In this document: positions 10,203 to 20,581 of the stretch, one piece after another
Numbering within the stretch: the stretch's first letter is position 1
Layout of the letters: each line of letters begins with the position of its first letter
From: an uncultured Candidatus Saccharibacteria bacterium
Lineage (GTDB): Bacteria; Patescibacteriota; Minisyncoccia; Phycocordibacterales; PALSA-1337
Reading direction: 5' to 3'
DNA: 64,000 nt
NCBI GenBank assembly: GCA_964645315.1
Contig: CAZYBH010000001.1
Coordinates: forward strand, 32,405-96,404
Program-made: the position numbers and the translations under genes
Notes under the pieces: generated by a model
Database searches by the model: none
Told to the model about the DNA's origin: nothing
The model's input: only the letters and a program-made list of their open reading frames with translations

Positions 10203-11959
10203 TATTTTAATATTTTCCAAACCTTTTCTCGATTGATGTACCAATCATTGATTGAATTCCATCGATCGGAAGGGTTGGTTATGTTATTGATAATTTTTTT
10301 ATTTTGAAAATTGTTAATTATTTCTTTTGGTAATATATAAGTAAATTCTGGTGAATAAAGAAATATTGCAGGTATGTCATTTTTTATGTATTTTTCTAAT
10401 TCTGTATACTTGTCTTTATTATCTTTTTCATCACTACTTGTTCGAATCTTTTCGAGTAGATCATCGACATGACTATTTGCATACATTGCTACATTTAGAC
10501 CGGGAGCATTGCGTTGTGATGAGTGCCAGTACGCATATAGATCTTTGTCTTTACCTATTTGTTGGCCGAATAATAGAGCATCAAACTTTCTTGGTCTAAT
10601 TATACTTTGGTAAAGTTCGGAGGAATCGTAAATTTTGATATTGACCTTTGCTCCTATTTCTTCCCAAGAATCCTTTAGGATTTGGGCGGTTTTCTTTAGG
10701 TCGGGAGTATCGGCTGTGTAAAGATCGAAGGTTAGGACTTGAAGAGTGTTTTTTGAGCCTTTCTTTTCGTAGACATTCGTCTCTTTATTCATTTGCCAGC
10801 CGTTCTTTTCGAGTAATGACTTCGCTAGATCAGGATTTCTTCTTGGAATGTTTTCGACTTGTTTGAGCTCGGAAAGTGGCAATGGTCCTGTAATAGCCAA
10901 ACCATAACCTTCCAAACCATTATCAATTATCTCTTTTCTATCGACAGCAAAATCCAAGGCTTGTCTCACTTCTTTTGTAGCAAGTATTGGATTGCTATTT
11001 TGATTGAAGAAGACGCCAAATATTCTCGGTAATGGTACGCTGATCGGATCGAATCCTTGTAAACTCAATTCTTTTGCATTTTCTGGCGATATAGAAGATA
11101 GGCTAGATATTGTGCCCGATTGTAATTGATCTACGGCATTTTCTTCATCTGCGTAGAAATAGAAGTTAATCTTTTCTATATACGGTTTCTTCGAATAGTA
11201 TTTACTTGATGAAACTAGGCTCAATGATGTAGGTATACCACCTTTATCTTTTAGGATATTTTTGAATTGATATGGTCCAGACCCAAGTGGTTGGATATTG
11301 TAATCACTAAAGACAAATTGATCATCATTTATACTATTCCAAATATGTTTCGGAAGTATACCCACAGTAGTATTTGTAATAAAAGGTGCATAAGGCTGTT
11401 TCAAAACGAAGACTATTTCTTCTGGAGAAATAACATTGATTGTTACATTATTCCAATCTGCTTTCTTTGGACTTTTCAAAAGTGGATTTTGGATTTTTTG
11501 AATGGTAAAGGCTATATCTTCGGTAGTAAGCTTGGATCCATCATGGAAATAGACATCAGGTCTAATCTTGAATGTATATTTGAGACCATCGTCAGATATA
11601 GCATAATCTTGGGCTATATCTGGTACAAGTTTATCGCCATCATATTTCATCAAACCTGAATAGACCAAAGCTGATATATCTCTATCGGCATCTGTTATGG
11701 CGAGGACGGGATTTATCATATGAGGAAGTCCGATAAGACCTTCATCTATCTCGCCTCCATAGCTCGGCACATCGATTTTGAACATATCGCTAACCTTTAG
11801 AGCCATAATCATCGATGTGAGTACAGCAATGGCAACTAAGATAGCGAAAATGGTCTTTTCTGTAATGCTAAATTTGTTTATGTATTGCATTATAAGATCG
11901 CCACTTCTTATACGAAATTCTTTTTCATTTTTGGGATTCACGATAAATAGAACCTTCAA
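10202..11959 (-). CDS. ABC transporter substrate-binding protein, family 5 (OppA/DppA-like)
   Basis: YTFKIRPDVYFHDG, GSGPY, VRQALDFAVDR. Confidence 0.9.
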   Translation of the reverse strand: MKVLFIVNPKNEKEFRIRSGDLIMQYINKFSITEKTIFAILVAIAVLTSMIMALKVSDMFKIDVPSYGGEIDEGLIGLPHMINPVLAITDADRDISALVYSGLMKYDGDKLVPDIAQDYAISDDGLKYTFKIRPDVYFHDGSKLTTEDIAFTIQKIQNPLLKSPKKADWNNVTINVISPEEIVFVLKQPYAPFITNTTVGILPKHIWNSINDDQFVFSDYNIQPLGSGPYQFKNILKDKGGIPTSLSLVSSSKYYSKKPYIEKINFYFYADEENAVDQLQSGTISSLSSISPENAKELSLQGFDPISVPLPRIFGVFFNQNSNPILATKEVRQALDFAVDRKEIIDNGLEGYGLAITGPLPLSELKQVENIPRRNPDLAKSLLEKNGWQMNKETNVYEKKGSKNTLQVLTFDLYTADTPDLKKTAQILKDSWEEIGAKVNIKIYDSSELYQSIIRPRKFDALLFGQQIGKDKDLYAYWHSSQRNAPGLNVAMYANSHVDDLLEKIRTSSDEKDNKDKYTELEKYIKNDIPAIFLYSPEFTYILPKEIINNFQNKKIINNITNPSDRWNSINDWYINREKVWKILK

Positions 11960-11971
11960 AGCTCTATGGTA

Positions 11972-12193
11972 TTAGATGAGGTTTATGAGAGCTGAGATGG
12001 CAAATAGGATTGCTACGACTATTGTTGTATTGAAGAGGACTTTTTCGAAGCCTCTACGGGTATGAAATGCAGAACTAAAATTGTCGCTTCCACCGAAAGC
12101 ACCACCGACTTGGGCGCCAGTTTTCTGAATCAAAATTATGGCAATAAGTATCACCGACAGAATCAACTGAATGTATGGAAGGAGTGACTTCAT
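11972..12193 (-). CDS. secG: Preprotein translocase subunit SecG
   Basis: Two TM helices with GGAFGG linker, RRGFEKVL. Confidence 0.9.
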   Translation of the reverse strand: MKSLLPYIQLILSVILIAIILIQKTGAQVGGAFGGSDNFSSAFHTRRGFEKVLFNTTIVVAILFAISALINLI

Positions 12194-12238
12194 TGGGATT
12201 AGTCTAGCACACTTTTTGATTTTTGCAAGGATTGCTAT

Positions 12239-14074
12239 TTATCTTACGAAATAGCTAGCAAAATCAATAATAGAATAAAATACTGTAGCGCTTAAGCTTT
12301 TGAATAGGAAAGATTGATTTGTAGGGCTTGGAGATGGGTTGGGAGTAGGTGTAGCTGTCGGTGTACTTGTGATGGTCGGTGTTGGACTAGGTGTCGGAGT
12401 GGCATTTACACTTGGTGTTGCATTTGTGCTTGAGCTTGGACTTGGGCTTGGATTTGATTGGGTAGTATTTGTAGGGCTAGGACTTGGGGAATTGCTTGGA
12501 CTTGTGGAAGGACTTACTCTGATAGTCTGGCTTGGACTTGGGCTAGGTGAAGGAGTTATCCTGATCGTCGGACTTGGTCTCGGACTTGTACTTGGACTTG
12601 GAGTTCTTGAACTAACATTTGGACCAGATGAAGGGCTTGGAGAAGGTCTTGTATTTGAACTTGTATTAAGATTTTGATTTGGATTACCAGAACTTGTATT
12701 TGTTGAATTGCCACTTATATTTGGGTTTGAGCTCGTAACTTGATCTGAATTTTGGCCAGAACTTGATTTTATAAATTTGGAAATAGGAGTTTCAGGTGTT
12801 GGACTTGGAGTAAAACTTACTACCTCGACGGTTTTATTGAAGACTGATTCGTATGTATAAGAAGCTCCATCTACTACTCTTTGCCAAGCACTAGAAGTCA
12901 CGTCTTTTATTACGTCAGCAAAGTTGAGCTTTTCTAGTGGCGCATCTGCTTGTACGTTTTGGGCATTTTTATTTTTTGTTTGGTCGAAGCATATAGCATC
13001 TTTTCTTATTGTATTCATGCCGTCTTCCTGAGTAGCCTTACTTTTCTTGAATTCTTTTTGGAGTCTGGTAAATTCATCAACCCTTTCTTGCATCTTGATA
13101 ATAAGACGATTGCTTAAATTGTCATTTAGGGTTTCCAAAAATGCCGGTGGCAAATCTCTTGTCGTAAAACCATTTGCCACATACTGACTATCGACGCTTG
13201 GATATGAGACATTTACGCTGATAGTTTTGTTTGATGGATTTTTGGGATCTTTATTTTGAGTATCCAAAATCTCGATTTTTATAATAGCGGTATTTCTGTC
13301 AATTTCATCTCCTGAAAAATAATTTTTGAAAGCTATATATGAAGGCATATCCATAAGCAAAAGGTCATTGGCCATATTATTTGCTTTGTTAATAACTCTT
13401 ATTAGATCTATGATACCCAGCTTTTGACTACCATTTTTATTTAAGAAATCTTCTATATCAGATAGATTTTTGTATATTTTGGTATTTTGTTCTTTATTGG
13501 GCAATAGAAAAGTATTGAAATATATCTTTTTTGCATCTCCAGATTGTACGATATTTTTTGTGCCGACAATGTTATCGATTTTGCAATAAGCTTTGTGGCC
13601 TATATATTTATCAAAAGAATCTTTATTTATTGCTCCCTTAGGGACAATAAAGAAAATGAGATTTTGATTTTGGACTGAGTTTGAATTTTTCAATTCGGCA
13701 AGAGTGGCACTTATACTTGTATAGCTCTTTTCACTTATGTCCTTTAGAAGATCTAATTTTTCAAGACTTTGATTTATAGCATTTAACTTGGTTTTGTACT
13801 CTTCAACCGTCGAATATTTGTCATAGCAAATTGATTCGTTTTTGGCGCTTGATGCAATCTCCGGGTATCGGTTCAATTGATCTTCAGAATAACATTGTCG
13901 GAAATCATTTAGGTTTTCGCTATTTTCCAAATCGTAATGAGTCAATGATCCGGTCTTTGCATCATAACTATCGTATCCTTGACGAACTTCAGCTTTTGAA
14001 ATACATGGTGAAAAAAATACCAAAAATAATCCAGTTGTAACCATAAGGCTTTTATATGGAAAATTTTGGCCCAT
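12239..14074 (-). CDS. Secreted/surface protein with Pro/Ser/Thr-rich stalk
   Basis: Signal peptide, (PS/PT)n repeats, hydrophobic C-terminus. Confidence 0.8.
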   Translation of the reverse strand: MGQNFPYKSLMVTTGLFLVFFSPCISKAEVRQGYDSYDAKTGSLTHYDLENSENLNDFRQCYSEDQLNRYPEIASSAKNESICYDKYSTVEEYKTKLNAINQSLEKLDLLKDISEKSYTSISATLAELKNSNSVQNQNLIFFIVPKGAINKDSFDKYIGHKAYCKIDNIVGTKNIVQSGDAKKIYFNTFLLPNKEQNTKIYKNLSDIEDFLNKNGSQKLGIIDLIRVINKANNMANDLLLMDMPSYIAFKNYFSGDEIDRNTAIIKIEILDTQNKDPKNPSNKTISVNVSYPSVDSQYVANGFTTRDLPPAFLETLNDNLSNRLIIKMQERVDEFTRLQKEFKKSKATQEDGMNTIRKDAICFDQTKNKNAQNVQADAPLEKLNFADVIKDVTSSAWQRVVDGASYTYESVFNKTVEVVSFTPSPTPETPISKFIKSSSGQNSDQVTSSNPNISGNSTNTSSGNPNQNLNTSSNTRPSPSPSSGPNVSSRTPSPSTSPRPSPTIRITPSPSPSPSQTIRVSPSTSPSNSPSPSPTNTTQSNPSPSPSSSTNATPSVNATPTPSPTPTITSTPTATPTPNPSPSPTNQSFLFKSLSATVFYSIIDFASYFVR

Positions 14075-14175
14075 GCCTAATTATAACTTAAATTTCTGTC
14101 AGTATATACTTCACAAAGTGACTATTATGTATATAATGTTTTTTATTAGCTTATTATTACTTTAATCATAAAACA

Positions 14176-14487
14176 ATGAAAGACATATCAAAGAAAATCA
14201 AACCATTGCAAGATCGAGTCCTCATTAAAGAAGATGATGAAAGTAAAGAAAAGAAAACTTCTTCAGGGATAATAATTCCCATTACCGTAAATGAGGATAA
14301 AGGTAGCAAAAAGGGTAGTATTGTCGCTGTAGGTCCTGGTCACTATGAACAAGGTAAACTCATACCTATCGGTCTTAAAGTGGGTGATGAAGTCTTATTC
14401 CAATGGGGCGATAAGATCAAAATTGAAGATCAAGAATATTATTTAGTCAAAGAAAACGAGATTTTAGCAGTTATAAATTCAAAATAA
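14176..14487 (+). CDS. groES: Co-chaperonin GroES
   Basis: IKPLQDRVLI, SGIIIP, VAVGPG. Confidence 0.96.
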   Translation: MKDISKKIKPLQDRVLIKEDDESKEKKTSSGIIIPITVNEDKGSKKGSIVAVGPGHYEQGKLIPIGLKVGDEVLFQWGDKIKIEDQEYYLVKENEILAVINSK

Positions 14488-14488
14488 T

Positions 14489-16126
14489 ATGGCCAAGAAA
14501 ATTCTCTACAATGAAGAGGCTCGAAAAGCTCTCAAAAATGGTATCGATGCAGTTGCAAATGTAGTCAAGATCACTATCGGTCCACGCGGTCGCAATGTGG
14601 TCTTGGATAAGGGTTACGGTTCGCCTACTATTACAAATGACGGCGTTTCTATTGCAAAAGATATTACTCTCAAAGATAAGTTCGAAAACTTGGGAGCAGA
14701 GATAGTCAAAGAAGTGGCAAATAAGACAAATGATATAGCGGGTGACGGTACGACTACAGCTACGGTCCTCATCCAATCTATAGTCAATGAAGGTATCAAG
14801 GAGACAAATCTAGGTGTCAATGCTATGGGACTTCGATCTGGTATCGAATCCGCTTCAAAAGATGTCGTCGAAGCTTTGAAAAAGATCTCTACACCCATTA
14901 AGACCGATGAAGAGATTAAGCAAGTTGCCACTATTTCTGCTGAGTCAGAAGAATTGGGCAAGATTATCGCTGATACAATAAAGAAGGTAGGCAAAGATGG
15001 TGTAGTTACGGTAGAAGAATCTCAATCGACAGAATTGGAATCAGAAATAGTAGAGGGTATACAATTTGATAAAGGTTATGTGTCCGCCTACATGATTACA
15101 AATGCCGAGAGGATGGAAGCAGAATATTCTGATCCGGCAATACTCATTACTGATAAGAAAATCTCATCTATCAAAGAGATTTTGCCTTTATTGGAACAAT
15201 TGGCTAAGACCGGCAGGAAAGATTTGGTAATTATTGCCGAAGATGTCGATGGTGAGGCTTTGACTACTTTTGTATTGAATAAATTGCGAGGTACATTCAA
15301 TGTTTTAGCAATTAAAGCTCCAGGATATGGTGATAGCAAAAAAGAAATGCTTAGTGATATAGCTGTTACCATTGGAGCAAAAGTTATTACCGAAGATATT
15401 GGCTTGAAATTAGAAAATGCTGATTTGTCTGTTTTGGGCAAAGCTCGAAAAGTTATTTCAACGAAAGATAGTACGGTCATTGTTGGAGGTAAGGGTAAGA
15501 AGTCAGAAATAGAAAATAGAATTGCTCAAATAAAAAAGCAAAGAACTCTTACCGATTCAAAATACGAGGGTGAAAAACTGGAAGAAAGGATCGCCAAACT
15601 TTCAGGTGGAGTGGCTGTGATCAGAGTCGGTGCAGCGACTGAGACTGAGATGAAATATTTGAAACTAAAAATTGAAGATGCTGTAAATGCTACGAAGGCT
15701 GCTATCGAAGAGGGTATAGTCCCAGGTGGAGGTGTAGCTCTTATTCGCTCCGGTCTTGAAGTAGAAAAATTACTTACAAATAAAAAGGGTTTGACCAAAG
15801 AGCAAGAGCTTGGTTACAAAATTGTTTTGAAAGCTCTTTCTGCACCGACCAAGCAAATAGCCATAAATGCAGGCAAGGAAGACGGTGCAGTCATCGTAGA
15901 TAAGATCCGAAATGGTAAAGGCAATATCGGCTACGATGCTCTCAAGGATGAAATGGTTCCTGATATGATAAATCGTGGTATTGTCGATCCGGTCAAGGTT
16001 ACAAGATTGGGTGTCGAAAATGCTTGTTCTGCCGCTTCTATTCTCCTTACTACCGAGGCTGCTATAGCCGATGAACCAGAGCCAAAGAAAGAAACTTCAC
16101 CAAATAGTCCAGATATGGGATACTAG
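14489..16126 (+). CDS. groEL: Chaperonin GroEL
   Basis: GPRGRNV, AGDGTTTAT, GIVPGGG. Confidence 0.98.
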   Translation: MAKKILYNEEARKALKNGIDAVANVVKITIGPRGRNVVLDKGYGSPTITNDGVSIAKDITLKDKFENLGAEIVKEVANKTNDIAGDGTTTATVLIQSIVNEGIKETNLGVNAMGLRSGIESASKDVVEALKKISTPIKTDEEIKQVATISAESEELGKIIADTIKKVGKDGVVTVEESQSTELESEIVEGIQFDKGYVSAYMITNAERMEAEYSDPAILITDKKISSIKEILPLLEQLAKTGRKDLVIIAEDVDGEALTTFVLNKLRGTFNVLAIKAPGYGDSKKEMLSDIAVTIGAKVITEDIGLKLENADLSVLGKARKVISTKDSTVIVGGKGKKSEIENRIAQIKKQRTLTDSKYEGEKLEERIAKLSGGVAVIRVGAATETEMKYLKLKIEDAVNATKAAIEEGIVPGGGVALIRSGLEVEKLLTNKKGLTKEQELGYKIVLKALSAPTKQIAINAGKEDGAVIVDKIRNGKGNIGYDALKDEMVPDMINRGIVDPVKVTRLGVENACSAASILLTTEAAIADEPEPKKETSPNSPDMGY

Positions 16127-16130
16127 TATA

Positions 16131-16805
16131 ATGAAATTTTTCTTTAGCATAGTCATAATTCTTCTTTTAGTCTTTTTAGGCTTTATCGGTTTTGAGGTCT
16201 ATAAATACCTCGACGAGAAAAATTCTCTGCAATTTTCACCTATAGTCCTAGACACTGCAAGTTCTACTGATCTTGTGTCAAATTCTACTTCTACAAGTAT
16301 TGTTACAAAAGCAGATATATCTAAGTGGAAAATGATAGACAATAGTGAATTGGGTTATAGCGTCAAATATCCAGACAATCTTATAGTCAATAAAGATGAA
16401 TTATCTTTGATTCTAGCTTTTCCAAAGAAAGCCTATTTTCACTGGCCTTTGGAAGATGAGTTCAAGGTTACGATTACAGCTACATCAAGTTGTAAGACCG
16501 ATAAGTTACAAAAAATCACCATCAATGATAAAGACTTATATCTAGTATCAGAGATTGAAGATGGTGCTGTCGGTACCATTACAAAAGAGAAAACCTATGA
16601 ATTTGATGGAAATGGATCTTGTTACAAAATAATTGTAACTTCAAGAGGTAGGAATACAGCAAGCCTTTATGTTGATGATCCTGCTTTGATCAAGAAGTAT
16701 GACAAACAACACGAAGATGAAGTAAGGGCAGTTTGGGACATAATAAATTCGATAATCTACAGTTTTGAAATAAAAGAGATACCTGCTGGAGATATTGAAA
16801 GCTAA
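16131..16805 (+). CDS. Membrane-anchored extracytoplasmic protein (PsbP-like?)
   Basis: N-terminal TM, WK..NSELGYSVKYP motif. Confidence 0.7.
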   Translation: MKFFFSIVIILLLVFLGFIGFEVYKYLDEKNSLQFSPIVLDTASSTDLVSNSTSTSIVTKADISKWKMIDNSELGYSVKYPDNLIVNKDELSLILAFPKKAYFHWPLEDEFKVTITATSSCKTDKLQKITINDKDLYLVSEIEDGAVGTITKEKTYEFDGNGSCYKIIVTSRGRNTASLYVDDPALIKKYDKQHEDEVRAVWDIINSIIYSFEIKEIPAGDIES

Positions 16806-16882
16806 TTGAATAAGTTGGGAAAATATGCTAGGATACTCTAAACCCTAACAAGGCTTTAGTAGCTTATAAAAAAATATTATTT

Positions 16883-17557
16883 ATGAAGAAGTCAACTTTA
16901 TGGTCTCTTATAGTTTTGGTCGTTATTATTATCGTTTTGGTCATCTATGGTGGTGGCAATAAGTCCAATACACCAAGTGGTGAAGCAAACAATGAGCCTT
17001 CGACATCGTCTGTACCAGTTATCGAGACGACCAAGGTCTCATCCAAGACATCCAAATTCGAAAATGCAGAACTAGGATTTGCAGTTAGCTATCCTTCTAC
17101 ATGGCAAGCCGAAAATACCGATCAAGGCGTTACATTTATTATCCCAATCGACAAAGATCAGGTCTCAACAATGGCAAAACTTCAAGCAGATGTTACTGTC
17201 TTGGCCTCAAAATGTGCCTTCCCAGCAGTCGTAACAGTCAAAGAGCGTGGCACATTGAAAGTTGGCAATTTGACAGCAAACATGATCTCTATGTCAAACA
17301 GTGTACAAGGTCGTGCTTATTTCAATCGCATGTACTCATTACAAAAAGATAGTCTCTGTTACATGTTCTCATTTGCTTCTATCGCTCTATCACCAGAAAG
17401 CAAAGGTTTGACTGGTTCAAATATTACTCAAGCTCAAAACAACAACAAAGCTTTGACAACAACTTCAGATACAGATTTCACCAACCTAGTTAAGTCATTT
17501 ACTTTCGTTGAGTCAAAAGCTGGTCAAGACGAATCAAAGGTTAATCCTACAAAATAA
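16883..17557 (+). CDS. Membrane-anchored extracytoplasmic protein (PsbP-like?)
   Basis: N-terminal TM, FENAELGFAVSYPSTW motif. Confidence 0.72.
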   Translation: MKKSTLWSLIVLVVIIIVLVIYGGGNKSNTPSGEANNEPSTSSVPVIETTKVSSKTSKFENAELGFAVSYPSTWQAENTDQGVTFIIPIDKDQVSTMAKLQADVTVLASKCAFPAVVTVKERGTLKVGNLTANMISMSNSVQGRAYFNRMYSLQKDSLCYMFSFASIALSPESKGLTGSNITQAQNNNKALTTTSDTDFTNLVKSFTFVESKAGQDESKVNPTK

Positions 17558-17559
17558 CA

Positions 17560-18114
17560 ATGAAGAAAATTACATTAATAATTTTGGCTATAGTAGTTAT
17601 TGTTGCTATATACGCTATAGCTAGCTACAACAGTCTTGTTACTCTCAATGTCTCAGCAGATACTCAGTGGAAACAAGTAGAGACTGATTATCAGAGAAGA
17701 TTTGATCTTATCCCAAATCTAGTAGAGTCAGTCAAAGGAAGCATGAAGCAAGAGCAAGCCGTTTTCACCGCTATTGCTGATGCAAGGACAAAGTATTCTG
17801 GTGCCAAGACTGCCGATGAGAAAGCTCAAGCTGCAGGTCAAGTCGAAAGCGCTCTCGGAAGATTGCTCGTCATTACCGAAAATTACCCTAGTCTCAAATC
17901 ATCAGAAGCTGTCCAATCCCTCATGTCTCAGCTCGAAGGATCCGAAAACCGCATTAGCGTACAGAGGATGAGATACAATGACACAGTCAAATCTTACAAT
18001 CTCAAAGTTATGAGATTCCCTAGCTCGATCGTCGCTTCAATGTTCGGTTTCAGCCAAAGATCATATTTCGAAGCTCAAAAAGGCGCAGAGGTCGCACCCG
18101 CAGTTAAGTTCTAA
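17560..18114 (+). CDS. lemA: LemA family protein
   Basis: YQRRFDLIPNLV, ENYPSLKS, ENRI, FPSSIVA. Confidence 0.93.
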   Translation: MKKITLIILAIVVIVAIYAIASYNSLVTLNVSADTQWKQVETDYQRRFDLIPNLVESVKGSMKQEQAVFTAIADARTKYSGAKTADEKAQAAGQVESALGRLLVITENYPSLKSSEAVQSLMSQLEGSENRISVQRMRYNDTVKSYNLKVMRFPSSIVASMFGFSQRSYFEAQKGAEVAPAVKF

Positions 18115-18191
18115 AGACAAGAGAATTAGAGAGTTAGAAAAATAGAGTTTACATTTTCTACCTATTATCTCTACTCTCATTTCTACAAAAT

Positions 18192-19061
18192 ATGAAGAAA
18201 CTATTCATCACGATTATATTGTTAGTTCTTCCGATTATAGTTTTCGCTTACAAAAGCCCTGGCAAACCTCAGGGCTTTGTAAGTGATTTTGCAAATATAA
18301 TTGATTCCAAAACCCGTCTTGATCTAGAAAATAAGCTGACTCAATTTGAAAAACAAAATGGGGTAGAAATTGCTATAGTGACCGTAAATAATCTAGACAA
18401 GGAAACGGTTGAGACATATGCAGTAAAGCTTTTCGAAGAATGGAAAATAGGCAAATCTGGGAAAGATAATGGTATTTTGCTTCTGGTCGCCCCAAATGAA
18501 AGGGAAGTTAGGATAGAAGTGGGATATGGTCTTGAGGGTACTATTACCGATCTTCTTGCCAATAAGATTATTCAGCAAGAGATCATTCCCCAATTTAAGA
18601 GAAATAATTATTCAGAAGGCATTGCAAATGGAGTAAATTCTATTATTGGCATTATAAGCAAAGATATCGATCCTGCTATATACGATCCTGATAAGTCTGA
18701 CATGCCAATTTTCGACAGAGTTGATCCTAGAATTATTATATTTATATTTTTCATCTCTTTCGGTGCGGTAATGAGATTTTTATCCAAGACCAAATCTTGG
18801 TGGTTGGGTGGTATTATGGGTGGTGTTTTGGGTTTGATAATAAGTATTTTTGTCGGTTTTCTTTACTTCGGTCTTACTCTAACTATTATCCTTACAATTT
18901 TCGGATTAATCCTTGATTATAATGCCTCCCGAAAGGGCCCTGGCGGCTTCGGTGGTGGTCGTGGAGGTTTCGGAGGATTTGGTGGGGGCCATAGTGGTGG
19001 TGGCTTCGGCGGTTTCGGTGGCGGTTTCTCCGGTGGTGGTGGCAGTAGTGGGAGGTGGTGA
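18192..19061 (+). CDS. TPM domain (YgcG-like) membrane protein
   Basis: DNGILLLVA, RIEVGYGLEG, Gly-rich tail ending GGGGSSGRW; usual lemA neighbour. Confidence 0.9.
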   Translation: MKKLFITIILLVLPIIVFAYKSPGKPQGFVSDFANIIDSKTRLDLENKLTQFEKQNGVEIAIVTVNNLDKETVETYAVKLFEEWKIGKSGKDNGILLLVAPNEREVRIEVGYGLEGTITDLLANKIIQQEIIPQFKRNNYSEGIANGVNSIIGIISKDIDPAIYDPDKSDMPIFDRVDPRIIIFIFFISFGAVMRFLSKTKSWWLGGIMGGVLGLIISIFVGFLYFGLTLTIILTIFGLILDYNASRKGPGGFGGGRGGFGGFGGGHSGGGFGGFGGGFSGGGGSSGRW

Positions 19062-19147
19062 TTTGGTGAGAACTAGTATGTGCATATGTCTGACTTATGC
19101 AAAGAATTATAAACGCAGCTTCATTAAAATCAAATGTAATGGACAAA

Positions 19148-19723
19148 TCAGGCCCGAATATCACTATATCTTGGCGAGAATTTCAATTGATTTGAAATGT
19201 CAGTGATCAAATCGGCCAGAGTAATTCCTTTGAGTTTTGCTCTGTGTTCAGCTTGTTCAAGATTATTGACAGCAATAACTTTTTGACTGATGGACTGTAT
19301 GCCGATATTACCTACTACAGCATTGTCAATAATATCATAGGCAATTGACTGTATGTTTAGGGGTGTTCCTGAAAGAAAGTTTTCAATAGTCGGATCAAGG
19401 CCTCTACGAATTATTGAATGAATATTATTAAGGGGAACATAATCAATTTCATAATTAGGGCCTATAAGTTTTGGATTATTGTAACTATTTTTCCCAATTT
19501 TCCAATTTGTTGGAACTTTTATCTCTGCTGGCTTTTCAATTATGAAATCTAAATCGACATCTTTAGACATTGGAATGCCATAAAGATCCTGAATTATACT
19601 TCTGAACACAAATCCACCAATTAACCATGCTTTTCCCTTGGAACTTTTCCTAATTATTTCTACAGCTTCCTTAAACTCATGATAATTATTAGCGACTTTT
19701 AAAAAAGATTGGGTGTAATCCAT
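19148..19723 (-). CDS. Short nucleotidyltransferase (class II CCA/poly(A) polymerase head-like)
   Basis: WLIGGFVFR...DVDLDFI resembles the GG.VRD...DxD motif A; only 191 aa. Confidence 0.65.
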   Translation of the reverse strand: MDYTQSFLKVANNYHEFKEAVEIIRKSSKGKAWLIGGFVFRSIIQDLYGIPMSKDVDLDFIIEKPAEIKVPTNWKIGKNSYNNPKLIGPNYEIDYVPLNNIHSIIRRGLDPTIENFLSGTPLNIQSIAYDIIDNAVVGNIGIQSISQKVIAVNNLEQAEHRAKLKGITLADLITDISNQLKFSPRYSDIRA

Positions 19724-19840
19724 GATTTTCTAGATCATATTGATAGTAGCATATTTAACTCGAATTTCTATCAGATATTTATTTAACCTGAAGATGTTTA
19801 GCTGATTGCAGAGCAAGTCTACTTTATGGGGTACAGATCA

Positions 19841-19859
19841 GCGGAGGGTAAGGGATTCG
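19841..19859 (-). repeat. 19-bp duplicate of the tRNA-Ser 3' end (att-like)
   Basis: GCGGAGGGTAAGGGATTCG identical to 20007-20025. Confidence 0.85.
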
Positions 19860-20007
19860 GTCACGAGTTTCCTCGCTGCAGCTCGGAACTCGCGACCCCG
19901 ACTTGCGGCTCGGCGTGCTCGCCTCGCACGCTCCGTCTTTCTCATCTCCTTACTCTCTCGCAATATAATTCACTCAAAGGTCATTTAGACCTTTTCGCGA
20001 ATTATTG

Positions 20008-20092
20008 CGGAGGGTAAGGGATTCGAACCCTTGGTGAGTTGCCCCACACACGCTTTCCAAGCGTGCGCACTAGACCACTATGCGAACCCTCC
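20008..20092 (-). tRNA. tRNA-Ser(GGA), CCA not encoded
   Basis: Acceptor GGAGGGT/ACCCTCC, anticodon arm CACGC-TTGGAAA-GCGTG, long variable arm, GGTTCGAATCC T-arm, G discriminator. Confidence 0.96.
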
Positions 20093-20204
20093 TTTGCACT
20101 CGTCCATAATAAACTAGAGATGAAGTACTAGCAAATATGTGTGTCCGGGAGGTTGCACATCCCGAATAGAATTTTGTGGTATAATATGACCAGAAGGAGG
20201 TAGC

Positions 20205-20423
20205 ATGAAAATGAATCACAAAAAGTCTCCAGTTGGTACAAGTGGGACCGGTCGGGAGGTTACTGTGAGAATCAGTGTTCATCGGGTAAATTTGGAGCGA
20301 GGTGGTAATTCTCCTGGACTCGTTCCAACTTCCAATCCCATTCCGGCAAATCATCAGGCCGGAAATCGTGGCCAAGCTATGCAAGATGAGACTTGGCCTC
20401 ACGGTCGCGTCTATAGCGACTAA
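20205..20423 (+). CDS. Orphan 72-aa protein in its own transcription unit
   Basis: TATAAT promoter, SD AGGAGG, terminator at 20426-20458; no recognisable domain. Confidence 0.55.
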   Translation: MKMNHKKSPVGTSGTGREVTVRISVHRVNLERGGNSPGLVPTSNPIPANHQAGNRGQAMQDETWPHGRVYSD

Positions 20424-20425
20424 AT

Positions 20426-20458
20426 AAAACCGCTTCATGGGTCAGGGGAAGCGGTTTT
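20426..20458 (+). terminator. Intrinsic terminator, possibly bidirectional
   Basis: AAAACCGCTTC-loop-GAAGCGGTTTT. Confidence 0.75.
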
Positions 20459-20581
20459 GAAATTATAAACAAAAACCCCAGCTGTGTGCGTCCCGACGCA
20501 CTGCCAGCTGAGGTCCCGATTCCGCCACGGGCCAATACCGCGACAGTTTCGAAATCATCCTATTCTATAGCTTGAGTGGAG

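Noticed and set aside
12339-12677. Gly/Leu/Val-rich ORF on the + strand
   Set aside because: Antisense shadow of the Pro/Ser/Thr repeats of gene 12239-14074
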